A DNA stretch of 64,000 nucleotides. Origin: Phoronis australis (taxonomy: Eukaryota > Animalia > Phoronida). Of this stretch, positions 52,600 through 64,000 are shown in pieces (positions within the stretch are counted from its first letter, which is position 1; every line of letters begins with the position of its first letter). The position numbers and the translations under genes were made by a program. The stretch lies in assembly GCA_002633005.1 (NCBI GenBank), contig NMRA01000585.1, positions 92,164-156,163 on the forward strand, written 5' to 3'. Below the pieces are notes generated by a model, which ran no database searches, was not told where the DNA came from, and saw nothing but the letters and a program-made list of their open reading frames with translations.

Positions 52600-53129
52600 C
52601 TATTGTGTCCGTAACTGGTGAGATTTTACTGTAAATCTTTTTAAATGTAATACAGATCCTGGAGGGTTTAAAGCCTATCTTCAACGGTAACACATGTAAA
52701 ATTGGTTCCTCCAGTATGCTAAGAGCATCGCTCTGAACCCACTAGTGTCATAAATTGCCAAATGTAATGAACTGTTAGGCATATTGGCTTGCTTTTGTCT
52801 ATGTCACCAGGAGAATCACCTTTTTATTCAAACAGCTGCAAATAACGCAGTGGTGTTCTATTCAGACTCCTATTCAATACAACCTTTTGTTGTTTGTGCT
52901 GGGATCTCGTTGTGATGCAACATGGCATAAAAAAGGAACGCTTCACTTATCATTTGACGGGCTTACACTTGCCTGATTGAACTCGCGTTTTCTTATTTTA
53001 CTAAAGCTTTGCTAGGACTATCTGGTTAGCCTAATACATCAAAAGTAACAAAATTTCGTTGAAGTCAGGCCTTAAGGACTCCAAGTCTCGAACCCACAAA
53101 AGTGGACACTTATCCCCCAAGGTCACACC

Positions 53130-53452
53130 CACGGGTGAGAAACAACAAGACCGCCGGTCCTCTTAAATCGGACCGCCTCACCCAAAACAGGACCTCCGGG
53201 GATCAAATGGGACCGCCCCACCAGAAAACAGGACCGCCGGGGACTGAACATGACCGCCGGAGATTGAAACCGCATATTGTCCAGCGGTCATGTTCAGTTT
53301 CCGACGGTCCTGTTTTCTGGTGAGGCGGTCATGTTTTTAGGTGCGTCAGTCCCATTTTCTGGTGCAACGGTCCCACTTGATCCCCGGAGGTCCTGTTTTG
53401 GGTGAGTCAGTCCGATTTAGAGGACCGGCGGTCATGTTGTTTCTCACTCGTG
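53130..53452. mobile_element. Foldback MITE with CAC...GTG termini (CMC group, Chapaev/Transib-like)
   Basis: Almost the whole element is an inverted repeat (CACGGGTGAGAAACAACA / TGTTGTTTCTCACTCGTG) built of about 21-bp GGACCGCC subunits. Flanks are ACACC / ACACT. Confidence 0.75.
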
Positions 53453-56400
53453 ACACTACCTCCTCACACCTGTAATTAGGTCAATCTCAAACTTAAGGGA
53501 ATATTTCCAATGAAGCAATCATTGAACTCCATTTGCTTCATTGTTACTCCTTTGCTTCATTGTGTTATCCTATGTGACTGTGAATGTACTGTATTACAGA
53601 ACCAATACAAATGGTCTCACTCCAAAATATGCCACTAAACAACAGTCAGAGATGGGTTTTTAATGTTAAGGAGTGAAAAAGTAAGAAACTTGAAAATCAG
53701 GGGATGGTTGCTCAACTGAACACAACATAATATTGGTCTGTGACGGGCGTCAAGGCAAAAGTGTAAGTTAACCTGAATAAATACCAGAAATTAAACTATG
53801 AACAACTATTTGAGGGCAGTTGTGCACATGAATATGAAATTTTAAAACACTTTTATTGCATTTTGAAAACAACACTACATGAATCACATAATCGATATAT
53901 CTAAAACTACCTCAACATAAGATAAATCACAACATACCTGAAACCCATTTGACAACACATATGAACGCTGTGAACCAGCATCATACCAAGTTAATCTTTT
54001 AAGACCTGTGATTTTTCATATACGACTTGTATTCGACTGTTGTATACCACTAATCGGCAAAGGTAGACAGGTGTTCCAACTCAACTTTTTGAGTTAAAAA
54101 CTCGTTAAGCACTGGCAGGGTGAAACAGAGCACGTCTGATTTTACTCTGACTTTCCTTTGACTCCGACGTCTAACACTTTTGGACCACTGTCTTCATACT
54201 ACGGCAATCGTATACAAGTCCATACAAAGTCTAATGGAATACAGTAAAAAACTTTCAATGTAGCAAAAAATAATTGCTAAAACTGCCACTTTTCTATTTT
54301 TCTAAGTTTTGTTAATGAACCCAAAAAATTTGCCAAATTCTATTTGTGGTGTGTACGTGAACACACGCATGAGATAAAATGAATACTAAGGCATACCAGT
54401 TAGGAGACAACTATAAGCTATATACCATACAAAGAAATAGTAAGGCATACCAGTTTGGTGACAGCCATACCCAACACACATGCTAAAAAGGTACCATTGT
54501 ACTAAATTTTTCATTGAAACTATTTTTGTTCAAAACTTTGAAAAAATCCACCTGTTCATCATAATGTGTTAATAAATTTAAAAAATCATCTTGCAACAGG
54601 CAGGGCTTTAGAACAGCCTCACTTTTCCACAGTAAATCAAAGGTAAAGCATGGTGGTGTTTCACATCCTAGCAGCAGATGTGACAATAAAAAGCATCCAA
54701 GCATAATGTTTATTCAATTTCCAGCCCTGATTGGCAGTTCCCTCAGTAGGCCTTATGTAACCATGTTAGTTCAGCCTGTGACCAAAACAGGAATGACTGG
54801 AACAAAATAACATGGACCACAGGGGACGACAGGGCTCAGGGCATAGAAAACAAAAAAACACAAAGTGCCTAAATTCCTAGACGAGGCTTTCCCCTTCTTT
54901 TCAGCATGACATACACGCACAGAACTCGTCAAGAGGTCCTCATGGCCCTCATTGGGACGGCCAGTTTCAAAAAATGACAACACAACCAAGAGGGGAAAAA
55001 AGATAACCTGTTTAAGACAACCTCGGCAAAAATGACAGCTAAACGAAAATTCTAACACTTCTGATTGATAAATTTCATTGAAACCTACAATTTGTTGTTT
55101 ATTCGATAAATATTCAGACGCAAATTCAGATCCCAGACTAGTACGGACTATATTTACCATAAATGTCACACCGATAATCGGCAAATGCAGGCAGCTATGT
55201 TTTACGAGAGGAATACCTGCCTGTTCTGTGACGCCAGGGAAGAGGGTGACCTCATACGGAATCCCTACATATGGCTAGTGTCAATCTCACAAATTTGAAC
55301 CACCACTTTTCAAATCCTAGATGAGTTCCTGTGAGTGTAAGTTAGTAATCCCAACCAGAGCATGATCCAAAGGTCACCGTGTGTCCCTAAAAGTGGATTT
55401 GCAATCAAATATACAATCCGGTCGCCACTGGAAATTGCAGAATATGGTTTGTAGTTTTGTACCCACCTGCAATTTGATCACGGCCTTTGAAGTGCCTGAT
55501 CATGTATTTGATCAACCAGCTCAGCAATAACCAATTTCTTTAGGTTCATATTAGCTGACAAACGTGACAACCTCCGCATTTTTAAGCTCCAGACTTTCCG
55601 ACAAATGCCTATTACACCCCCATTCTACGAAATTAACTAAGGAGGCTTCCTACAGGAAAAACCAGCCTACAAACTCCCACTCAAACACCTAGCGGATGTA
55701 CTTTCAAAAATGGCATGTTCAGTGCCCATAGGTATACCTGTGCATATGCATACATGTGAGTCAATGTTTAACCAGTGGCAAGAACGGTGCACAGAATGTA
55801 CATTCAACAAAGGGGTGTGTGGGCCTTGATGGCTCCGTGGAAAAAATCCTTAAGTTTTTTGAGTTATGCCCCAACACCTATCCGCCGACTTCCAAATTCA
55901 TTAGTATAATGTAAAACAAGAATTGCACTTTAAAGCTTCATTCCACTCATCTACCTGTCAATGATGAATTCTTAAGTCACAAGCAATGTATACATGTGCC
56001 ACTTTCAAATCCACAATTTTTAGGGATCGCTAACCCCAATTTTAGCGTTGAGTCGTCGATACTTATAATGTTCTTATTGGTAACAGAAACAGAATCGTAT
56101 TACAATTAGCAATAAGGAATATTATGAGACTGGTTTTATTAGATTTCCGTTTTTAGCCAGCTCAACAGGGTGAAATGTACTATTCATTACTTTTATGTTC
56201 ATTATATTTTGTAGTTTATGGAAATTAATATGTCACAGACATTCTTTGACTCAGAACCGACAATAATATGCAACAAGACCTATGTTATCTAGAACCCAAC
56301 TTAACTTTTAATTAAGACTTAGAATCCTACATTTCAATCACATACACTGAGATCTGTATACTCAGCTGCACGTTGACTGTTGAAGTCTTCACTTAGGTAT

Positions 56401-58037
56401 CCATATGTCCACCTGTCAGGTTCTTGATAGCTAAGACTCCTCTCCATGAGAACTTTCTTACCCTCTGCATAGTTCAGCAATACTGGCTGACCATCTTGGC
56501 ACAGTGACTCATGTATCCACAGACCACTAGAAGTGACCTCTATTGATTAGGACTGTAAGCATCCCTTCTTTTACCATAAATCATTATTTGCAGAGATTCA
56601 CTTTAACTTTTCCAATAGCTTTCCAGCCCAAAAAGTGGATATGAAACTTACTTGTCCAGACCTGTAATGTCCTTGCCCTCAAATGTAGAAAATTTCATTT
56701 TTATACCAACTGAAAAAATTTAAATTTCGAAATTGGGATACCGTAAGGTGGAGACTACACACCGTAACAGTGTTTTTAGATTGTCATTTCAAATTGAGTA
56801 TTTGTTACAAGTCCATGAAAACCTCATATCTCAACACCAGTGCCATCTGTCCAAAACGAATCTCGTGGATGAATTTATGTGTCTGATGGATGGTTGTTCC
56901 CAAATTCAACTAACATCAAGACCAAATGTTGTCTGTCTAGGAGTCTCTGTTATCATCTCCAACAAGAATTGATTCAAGGTCATTTTGTGCATATTCATGG
57001 CTCTGAAACAACTAGAGTCCAGATAGTTGAAAACACTGTAATGTAATGTTGAAAGATGAACAATGCTAGTTCTTGAATTCAACAAACCAGTCTTCAACGA
57101 CCAAGAAGTTGCTGACACATGGAAATTCAGTTTTTCATCAAAAAACGTTAAATTTTCGACATAGATGCCTTTCATGTGGTACATGTGGATCGACTCTTAT
57201 CTTTCTTTTAAGACCATGATCATAAAAGAGAGTCGATCCACATCAGAAAGAGAGGTCACCCCTGAACCGTGGCAAGGGCGGATATAAACTCAGTGCAACA
57301 CACATCCTGTGTACAGCGCCACCTAGTATGCACTAAAGATGACATCAGGAAAAGTATATGTCAATGAATTTCTGCATATACTTAACATTTTTAGGATGGA
57401 AAAATGAATTTCCTTGTATCAGCTGTTATTCATCATCTTGATGAAACTGTTTGAAAAAACAAGAAATTGGCCTGTGTTGCATTCTCAAATTATTAAGTAT
57501 CTTCATGTACCCGCTTGTGATTTATGTTGCTAATTCTAACAATAGCCAACAGATGACCTCTGTGCCTGCCTTTGTTACTGATGTTTAGCAATAGACGCAC
57601 TCAAAGCACACTACATCCTAAGCAATTTGCACACTTTTACACTTGAATCCTTGCAATGATTGGAGTTATGACTACAGACCCAGAATTTGTTGTTCTTACC
57701 ATTTGTGTCTACTTTTATGTGTATGTGGACTTTTGGCCAGTTATTCCACAACCAGGACCCCAACCAGAGACATGTGATATTTTAAGTGTAACGAACAAAA
57801 GTTTGGGATCAAAACCAGGCCATATTTAACAAAATTTGTCTTAAGAAAGGACCGCAATCTACTTATCATACAATGAGTTTTTCTACATTCAGGAGAGCTA
57901 CGATTTTGGAAAGTAAGAATTGGTTTATTGAAAGTCAGTTTTGCAGCTGTAAGAACACTTCTCATAGCTGATAGGCCAAGGCAAACAAAACATAATGGGT
58001 TCTGGTCCCCATCTTCATTCATATTTCGAGGCCTGCC

Positions 58038-58150
58038 GGTAATGGTATGCTATAACGTGCCCGAACATTGAGGAACAGTTTTCTCCACTAAATAACGGGC
58101 ATCAAACTGGTTCTCAAAATACGGGCAAGTTATATCACCAGACTGTTGCC
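58038..58150. mobile_element. Second copy of the Merlin-like palindromic MITE
   Basis: Homologous to 9817-9925, with GG...CC ends and flanks GGCCTGCC / AGCCTGCA. Confidence 0.6.
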
Positions 58151-58494
58151 AGCCTGCATCAATTTCAGCCAAGGTCCATTTTTAAGCTGCTCAGGTTTGG
58201 AATGTCATGATTTGCCAAGCCGTGGGTAAGGTGCAGTTTTGTTAGTCTCAGATGGGTTTCCCTTTTTCAAAAAGTGAGCAACTAAAAATACCATAATACT
58301 AAATCTTTCTACAAAACAATCATGGCACAAAAGCAATTATCCTTTTTGGCTTAATATCAGTGACAGTACATTGCAGAAAAAAACACCACCATATTTTAAA
58401 GCTGCACTTCACCTCCTATAGCTGGCTAAAAACGTAAATTGAATTAGGCCTTTTGCTTTCATAAAACCGGTCTCGTATTATTCCTTACTGTGAT

Positions 58495-58986
58495 CACAGG
58501 CGTCCTCAGCTTCTGATCGTCCCCAATACACTATATATAATACTACAAGGTATGACAATCCAGACTAGAAATTCCACGGGTGCTTCACTTCAGCCGTCCA
58601 TAACAAACATAAAACTCAATAAATTTACACAAAACAGAGGTTCAACAAACCATGAAGAATTGTTCTTTCTCCCAATACCATTTACGGTGTCCTGCTCCAC
58701 CGAGTTCACAAGATATTCGCAGTCAAAGCACAAAAATCTTCCCAAAAAGCTGGTCCGGAGCAACTCCTTGGTACCACATGCAGGGTACGGAATTATTCAA
58801 TGAGTTGAACAGCAACTGCCGAATAATCGATGCCGTGACTTTCCGTGATGAATCGGCAATTGGCGTACATCCGTTTTGGACTGCTGAAGTGAAGCACCCA
58901 TGGAATTTCTAGTCCAGAGTGTCATACCTGGTAGTATATATAATGTATTGACTATTGGGGACGATCAGAAGATGAGGACGCCTGTG
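58495..58986. mobile_element. MITE with about 105-bp TIRs and an 8-bp TSD (P-element- or hAT-like)
   Basis: CACAGGCGTCCTCAGCTTCTGATCGTCCCCAATA... / ...TATTGGGGACGATCAGAAGATGAGGACGCCTGTG, with a perfect TSD ACTGTGAT (58487-58494, 58987-58994). Confidence 0.85.
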
Positions 58987-60169
58987 ACTGTGATAGGATT
59001 CCATTTCCATTACCAAGTCTAGTCAGTCAAGGCAGTGCGTAAATGCTCCATTTGATTTTACAAGAATAGGGTTGCCCAACCCCAATAAAATCTGAATCAT
59101 TTTCTTGAGTTGCACACACACACAAATTTTTAATTTGTAATATTAGGGTTGGCCAACTCTAATAAATCTGAAGGGTTTTCTTGAGTCTCTGCTGGTTTCG
59201 ATGTTCTTGTTAGCAACAGAAATAGAATCCTATCCTGGTAAGGAATAATATAAGATCAAGAATAAAAGGCCTGCCCTACGGTAATCATATATTCAATTTT
59301 TAGCCAACTAAAGAAGGCGAAAGTCTCTCGTATCACCAGTTCTTAACCTGGAGATGGGTGGTGCTAAAACTGGAAAAATCCACAAACTCGAAGTTTAAAG
59401 AATTTGTCATGAGGCTGGTTGCCAACACAAAAACAGAATCAGTGCTCTTTTTAAACGGCCCTTTCATTCTAACCTCGACTGCAAATGAGATTACTTTGAT
59501 GACTACAGTGTCACCTTCCATTTACTTCGACATCCGTTAACTCCCAAGGCTAGAATGAACGGTTCAGTTAACTTTGCAGTATACATCAACGCTCCTCTAA
59601 CAGCAGAGTTAACTCAGTATAAAAGGGTTTTAATTAATGGACACATGTATGCAAATAACTAGGAATGCAACCTGAAATTGTCCTAAAATTAAAACTTGCA
59701 GTTAACACTTGAAACCCTGTCAATTGAAAAACTTTTTGTCAAAAACCTCCGGGACGCATTGTATGCCATAGCTAAATGATATATTCATACGCAGGAATGA
59801 TGCAGTGCAAATTTCATAAGAAAAAATCTTGCATCTTGGTTTCGTATTCAGTAATTAATGTTGCATCAAACAAAAAGCCTCAAGTTACTTTATGTGGATT
59901 GCCATTATTGGGTGATTCAAGTTTCCTCCCTTTCCACTGTTCTCGTACCATATGGAAAAAAATGTCAAAATGGGAACAAAATACATGCACGGATGTACCA
60001 TACATACATACATATCAAATGATGAGATTTTGAAAGTGTTCTCCACAATAGAAATTCCAACAGAATTTTTAATTCCATTTACATCACTTGGGAAGTCCCG
60101 TATACATGAATTCATTGTAGTGACAACTAGTACTATCTTCGCTTCGGACAATAAGTGAGAATTTATGTA

Positions 60170-61669
60170 CCATATTCGCCCTAATAAGTGCCCATGCCCA
60201 TATAAGCACCCCCACGCATTTTCAGACTTATTAAAATAAGCACCCAGTCCTTGAACGCCATGTACATGCGAAAAATGCCTTACCTACAGTTCTAAAATTC
60301 TAACAGTAACGTCTTCAGTTTATCAATAAGGTCTGACAGTCCTGAAAAAAATCATTGTGCGCGGAATTTGTAGACCACGAGCCTCTCCGCTACGTCGGTA
60401 ATTAGTTGTGACTATACACTTCAAACTTCCGCCGAGCTTCAAAAAAGGACGCAAAAGTTTTGCTGATCTTGCAATGAACGTGTCCTATTATGGTCTGGCC
60501 TTTCAGAACAGACGCAGCGTACTTGTCAAAGAAAGGGATTGTATTGTATCTTTCCCGTACAGATCTTCTCCCTTAACAGGAATCCAAAGTTCTTTGTACA
60601 TACGTGAAAACTGCGAATCAAAAACTAATAAAAACTTGACCTTTGTTAAAAGCACATGGCCAGGAAGAGCGCACTACATTCACATACCTGTCATTAAAGA
60701 TTAGTCTTCAGGAACGATCTATTCATAAAACGGGTAGCATAGCATCGGCAAGAAATAAATACTGGCACTTATTTCCGAAAGGTTCTAATACCATAAAAAC
60801 GTTTGAGTTATTTTTAGGAGGAATTATTAAATTAGTAGTAACTGGTGTTTTTAAAGTCAAAATGACCCACTGATAGAGAACACTTCCGCACCCTTACACC
60901 CCCAGAATCTCCCGAAAAATAACTGTTAGACTGCCACGCATCCAGTCACCCGGCAACTCAATATCGGCCTTAACGAGACAATTTCTTAACGTTTTTTAGC
61001 AAATGAGATCATCAAGTGCTAAAGGAAACATGTTCTGCTTTAAATACTGCTTGTTAATCTCCTTAGTTGCAATGCACACCTAGATCGTTACATCGCATTT
61101 ATTCTAGCAAATGAACTCTGATGACACCAGCACATGCTTGCTCACTCACACAATACACAGACGAACTTCAAAACAAACATCACGTGACACCAACATGTGT
61201 GTTCATCCAGAGATTTTTCTTGTGTTGCAGAGTACAATCTAGCGCAGATTTGGACTTGATATGCAGTTAATCCCAACTCCACAGAAACTTAAAAATCTTA
61301 AGGACGCTATTTTGAAAACTAACGGAGGACTTCAGGTAATTTGTTGAGTCAAAACTATAGTTTTACTCAAGAATTCAAGTTGACCAATCAGCGATCGCGA
61401 GACAGCCATGCAACAGTCGGCGAGTTTTCACACTGGGATTTTCTGAAAAATGTAATTTAACAACAAAGTTTGAAAGCAATGCACTGCAAATTTGTAGAAA
61501 AACTGTCACAGGTTACAGATGCGTCATAGATCTAGTAAATTTGATGAATTTTAGCTTACGATTTCACTAGTTTTGGAGACTGGGTTTCAACCACATTTGG
61601 TTTATAATAAGAGACCTCCTTCCTGAAGTGAATTTCTAAGTGCCCTGGGCACTTATTAGGCGAATACGG
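60170..61669 (+). mobile_element. Non-autonomous Tc1/mariner (pogo/Tc2-like) element, copy C
   Basis: TA|CCATATTCGCCCTAATAAG...CTTATTAGGCGAATACGG|TA; homologous to copies A and B. Confidence 0.8.
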
Positions 61670-62739
61670 TAAATAAGATTTCATGTGAGTACACAAAACT
61701 GGTGTTACATTATTTTATTTTCAGAAACACTTGTAAGCAGTATAGTTGTTCTGTTTTAATCACCAGGTGTCTCTGCAAGTTCAAGATAATTTCAACCCAA
61801 AAATTACACACATTAATTTTAGATGCAAAATTAAGTCACTAAATACTACACCAGCAAGGAGCACGCACTATGTTAAAAATGGCCAGTTCGCTATTTGGGC
61901 AAATGAACGAAGGACTGCTCGAAGAAAAAGTTTGATTACAGGAGTATCTGTTCGAGGAATTAAATACATCGAAGGCTTCATAAGGTTCTCTCTATGCACG
62001 AAAAGTACTTATAACAACACGACTTGACATTTTAATCAGTGCGAGCTTCAACGTCTCCACTGGGACCAGCTAGAGACGGTGGTCGCTGTATGCAAATGTT
62101 CCTTTTTTCCTCGGACAATAAGAAACTCCTTTGGGCGCACCCGGTGATAAAAAGTGTGTTTTTCAAAAGGTTGTACCCCGCAGACTTAGTGTAGTGTATT
62201 TAAAGAGATTATATATGAAACACACACCCCAGCAAGGGCAATCAAAATAAGAACAGAGTTATGTTTAACTCGACTCTTGCTGTAAATTGACTAGAATCCT
62301 GCATTTCCGGAAGAGTGTTGCATTTTAAAAGATATTCCCCAGGGGCACAATGCTGCAATGCACTTGCGCCTTTTTATTTTTTATGCGCTAATGTCGCAAA
62401 GACACAGTCCAAGAATATCCCTGGAGACTGGTCACTTCTTCCCCCGTCTATAACCAACGCCGCACCGATTCATTCTAATCTCAAAAACGGCAGCCTTCAT
62501 GCGTGCTGGAACCTCCTACTGAGAAATTCCCCCATTGGCGTGATGGTATCAACCCTCGTCGATTAGAAGACAAGACACGACAAGACAAGTGAGCGACTCA
62601 CACTCTTGTCTGTCTGACTCTGACTGAGTGAGCCAGGAACGAGGGAAGTCAACCTATAAAGTGAGTTAAGTGACTTGTAGCCATCAAATCGATGAGCACT
62701 AACGACAGAGTGCATATAAATAGAATAAGACCGACTCAC

Positions 62740-62840
62740 CTGAATATATTAAACAAAATCGCCAGATTGTTGAAGAGTTATTTAGTCATAGTTAAGAAAT
62801 TTTAGCGGAACAACTGACGAACCATTCAAAAAAGTCCGAC
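62740..62840 (-). other. Probable non-coding first exon of the RhoGAP gene (upper boundary approximate)
   Basis: Consensus donor CAG|gtgagt at 62740/62739 next to a promoter-like region. The coding exon at 30655 has an acceptor, so an upstream exon must exist, and the intervening DNA has a minus-strand intron-like skew. Confidence 0.5.
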
Positions 62841-63204
62841 CGGAAGTAAAATATCCGAATGACCTAAAAGGAGGGAGCGTAAAACGCTCGAAAAAAGAAT
62901 GCAGTAGTAACTTGAATCATCCTCTGAAGACAAACCACTAGTTTAGAAACTCTATGAAACGTTAGTGAGCGTACAATCTGCACAACTTGCAATCGTTTAT
63001 ATGTTTTTATTGTTAAAATGAGTGATCCTTTATCACGTGACTTTCAACCTTTAGACGGAAAAAAACGGATTTTACCGAAAGCATCGACAATCGGCCATCT
63101 TGGAAATCGACCCGAACCCACCCCTTCGAAGCTAAAGGCATTTAGCAAGATTTTGAGGGCTTTGACCTCAAAAAAGACACAGTTATTGTCAGGCGATACC
63201 AAAA
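62820..63204. promoter_or_regulatory. Candidate bidirectional promoter (RhoGAP / PICALM)
   Basis: Locally CpG-richer, with ETS CCGGAAGT at 62840-62847, E-box TCACGTGA near 63032 and YY1-like GGCCATCTT near 63093. It lies between divergent first exons. Confidence 0.55.
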
Positions 63205-63334
63205 ATGTCTGGCCAAAGTATCAAAGATCGTGTTTTGGCTGCCAAACACAGCATAGCTGGCCAGGGCCTAGCAAAAACTGTCGGAAAAGCTACGACCGAG
63301 GAGGTGATGGGGCCGAAGAAAAAACATCTCGACT
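63205..63334 (+). CDS. PICALM: Phosphatidylinositol-binding clathrin assembly protein (PICALM/SNAP91/LAP family), coding exon 1 (start of the ANTH domain)
   Basis: Translates [43 protein letters not shown]-(Y), matching the PICALM/AP180 N-terminus, including KATT and the PIP2-binding PKKKH. It is 130 nt and ends T|gtaagt (phase 1). It is missing from the ORF track. Confidence 0.95.
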
Positions 63335-64000
63335 GTAAGTTTAATGCCGATGAAATTTAAAACGATGTATTTCCGTTTGTCTTTTTGTGAAAATAACTGA
63401 CAGCGGTGTCAAGTCAGTCAAGATGACAAACGTTGTCAGTTGTTGTATATTTCTTTTTTCATAGAACCACACCATTTTCGTTGGCTGCACTGCCACTGCA
63501 GGTACCTTGTCCTTGGCTTAGTCACAGGTGTCTTTAGGCAATGACCATCGCCTCTGTTGGCTCTTATAGGCGCTCCATACGCCGGAAGCTTTTCGGGGAA
63601 TTATGCCTCGCACCGACTAAAACATCAAAGTCACGTTGTAATAAATACCTTTTGCGCATAGAGGAAGACCTTAAGAGTAGGGACGTGACAAAGTCTTATC
63701 TCATCGCTGATTGGCTTTTCCCAGATGTTGCGTAATGGCGATTATCGATTAGACAGCCATTGTTTCACGGTGGCTATAGTATTTCCACTCTCTCTCCTCC
63801 AGAAACCAAGAAAACAGGGAACCACATTATTGATGACGTAGACAGTAAATTCTTCTAGGCATACGTCATTTTCTTTGTTGTGTTTTCCTTCTTGTTAAAG
63901 CATGTGACTGGTGAGAAGTTGGGGGAATTTTTCGCTCCTGTTTGACAGCTTGTATTTTGAAAGGTAAGCCATTGATTCTTATGAAATGTAATATGTTTTC

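Noticed and set aside
53130-53452. CRISPR-like appearance of short repeated units
   Set aside because: The context is eukaryotic, there are no unique spacers or cas genes, and the units are arranged as an inverted foldback.
54770-55331. Possible further hAT-family copy (right end AAATCCTAGATGAGTTCCTG) and a 137-aa ORF
   Set aside because: No matching left end or TSD was found, and the ORF has no protein-like features.
56652-56661. 10-nt minus-strand microexon-like unit (ttacag|GTCTGGACAA|gtaagt)
   Set aside because: Such a match is expected by chance in a 32-kb intron and cannot be tested by frame in a 5' UTR.
57344-57438. C/D-box snoRNA-like spacing on the minus strand (ATGATGA...CTGA)
   Set aside because: There is no terminal stem and no recognisable rRNA antisense element.
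63018-63338. 106-aa ORF from the ORF track
   Set aside because: It is the wrong frame; the real coding frame is PICALM, starting at 63205.

Overview
This is a 64 kb window of AT-rich, intron-rich eukaryotic DNA, most consistent with a heterozygous marine invertebrate (inference). Three genes can be reconstructed by hand from splice sites and reading-frame phases. (1) The 3' part of a multi-C2H2 zinc-finger gene lies on + (exons 270-936, 1322-1542, 1845-1937, 2535-2640, 6351-6523). (2) An apparently complete RhoGAP-domain gene lies on - (ATG 30623, 9 coding exons, about 529 aa, stop 11856), with a probable non-coding first exon about 32 kb upstream near 62.74 kb. (3) The first coding exon of PICALM/SNAP91 (AP180 family) lies on + (63205-63334), head-to-head with the RhoGAP gene. 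The introns hold many non-autonomous DNA transposons, most with readable TIRs and TSDs. These include two TTAA-flanked Kolobok-like elements that keep a THAP stub and a convergent second-gene stub, a hAT-like MITE nested in its own family, three Tc1/mariner (pogo/Tc2-like) elements, and Harbinger-, Merlin-, P- and CMC-like MITEs. A 2.5 kb near-identical duplication (13064-15563 / 17422-19908) repeats one RhoGAP coding exon; it is most likely an uncollapsed second haplotype carrying a polymorphic TTAA insertion. I found no unambiguous new biological system. The best leads are the convergent-stub Kolobok derivative, the duplicated frame-incompatible exon, a repeat array carrying CTCF-like motifs, and stacked uORFs before the RhoGAP start.
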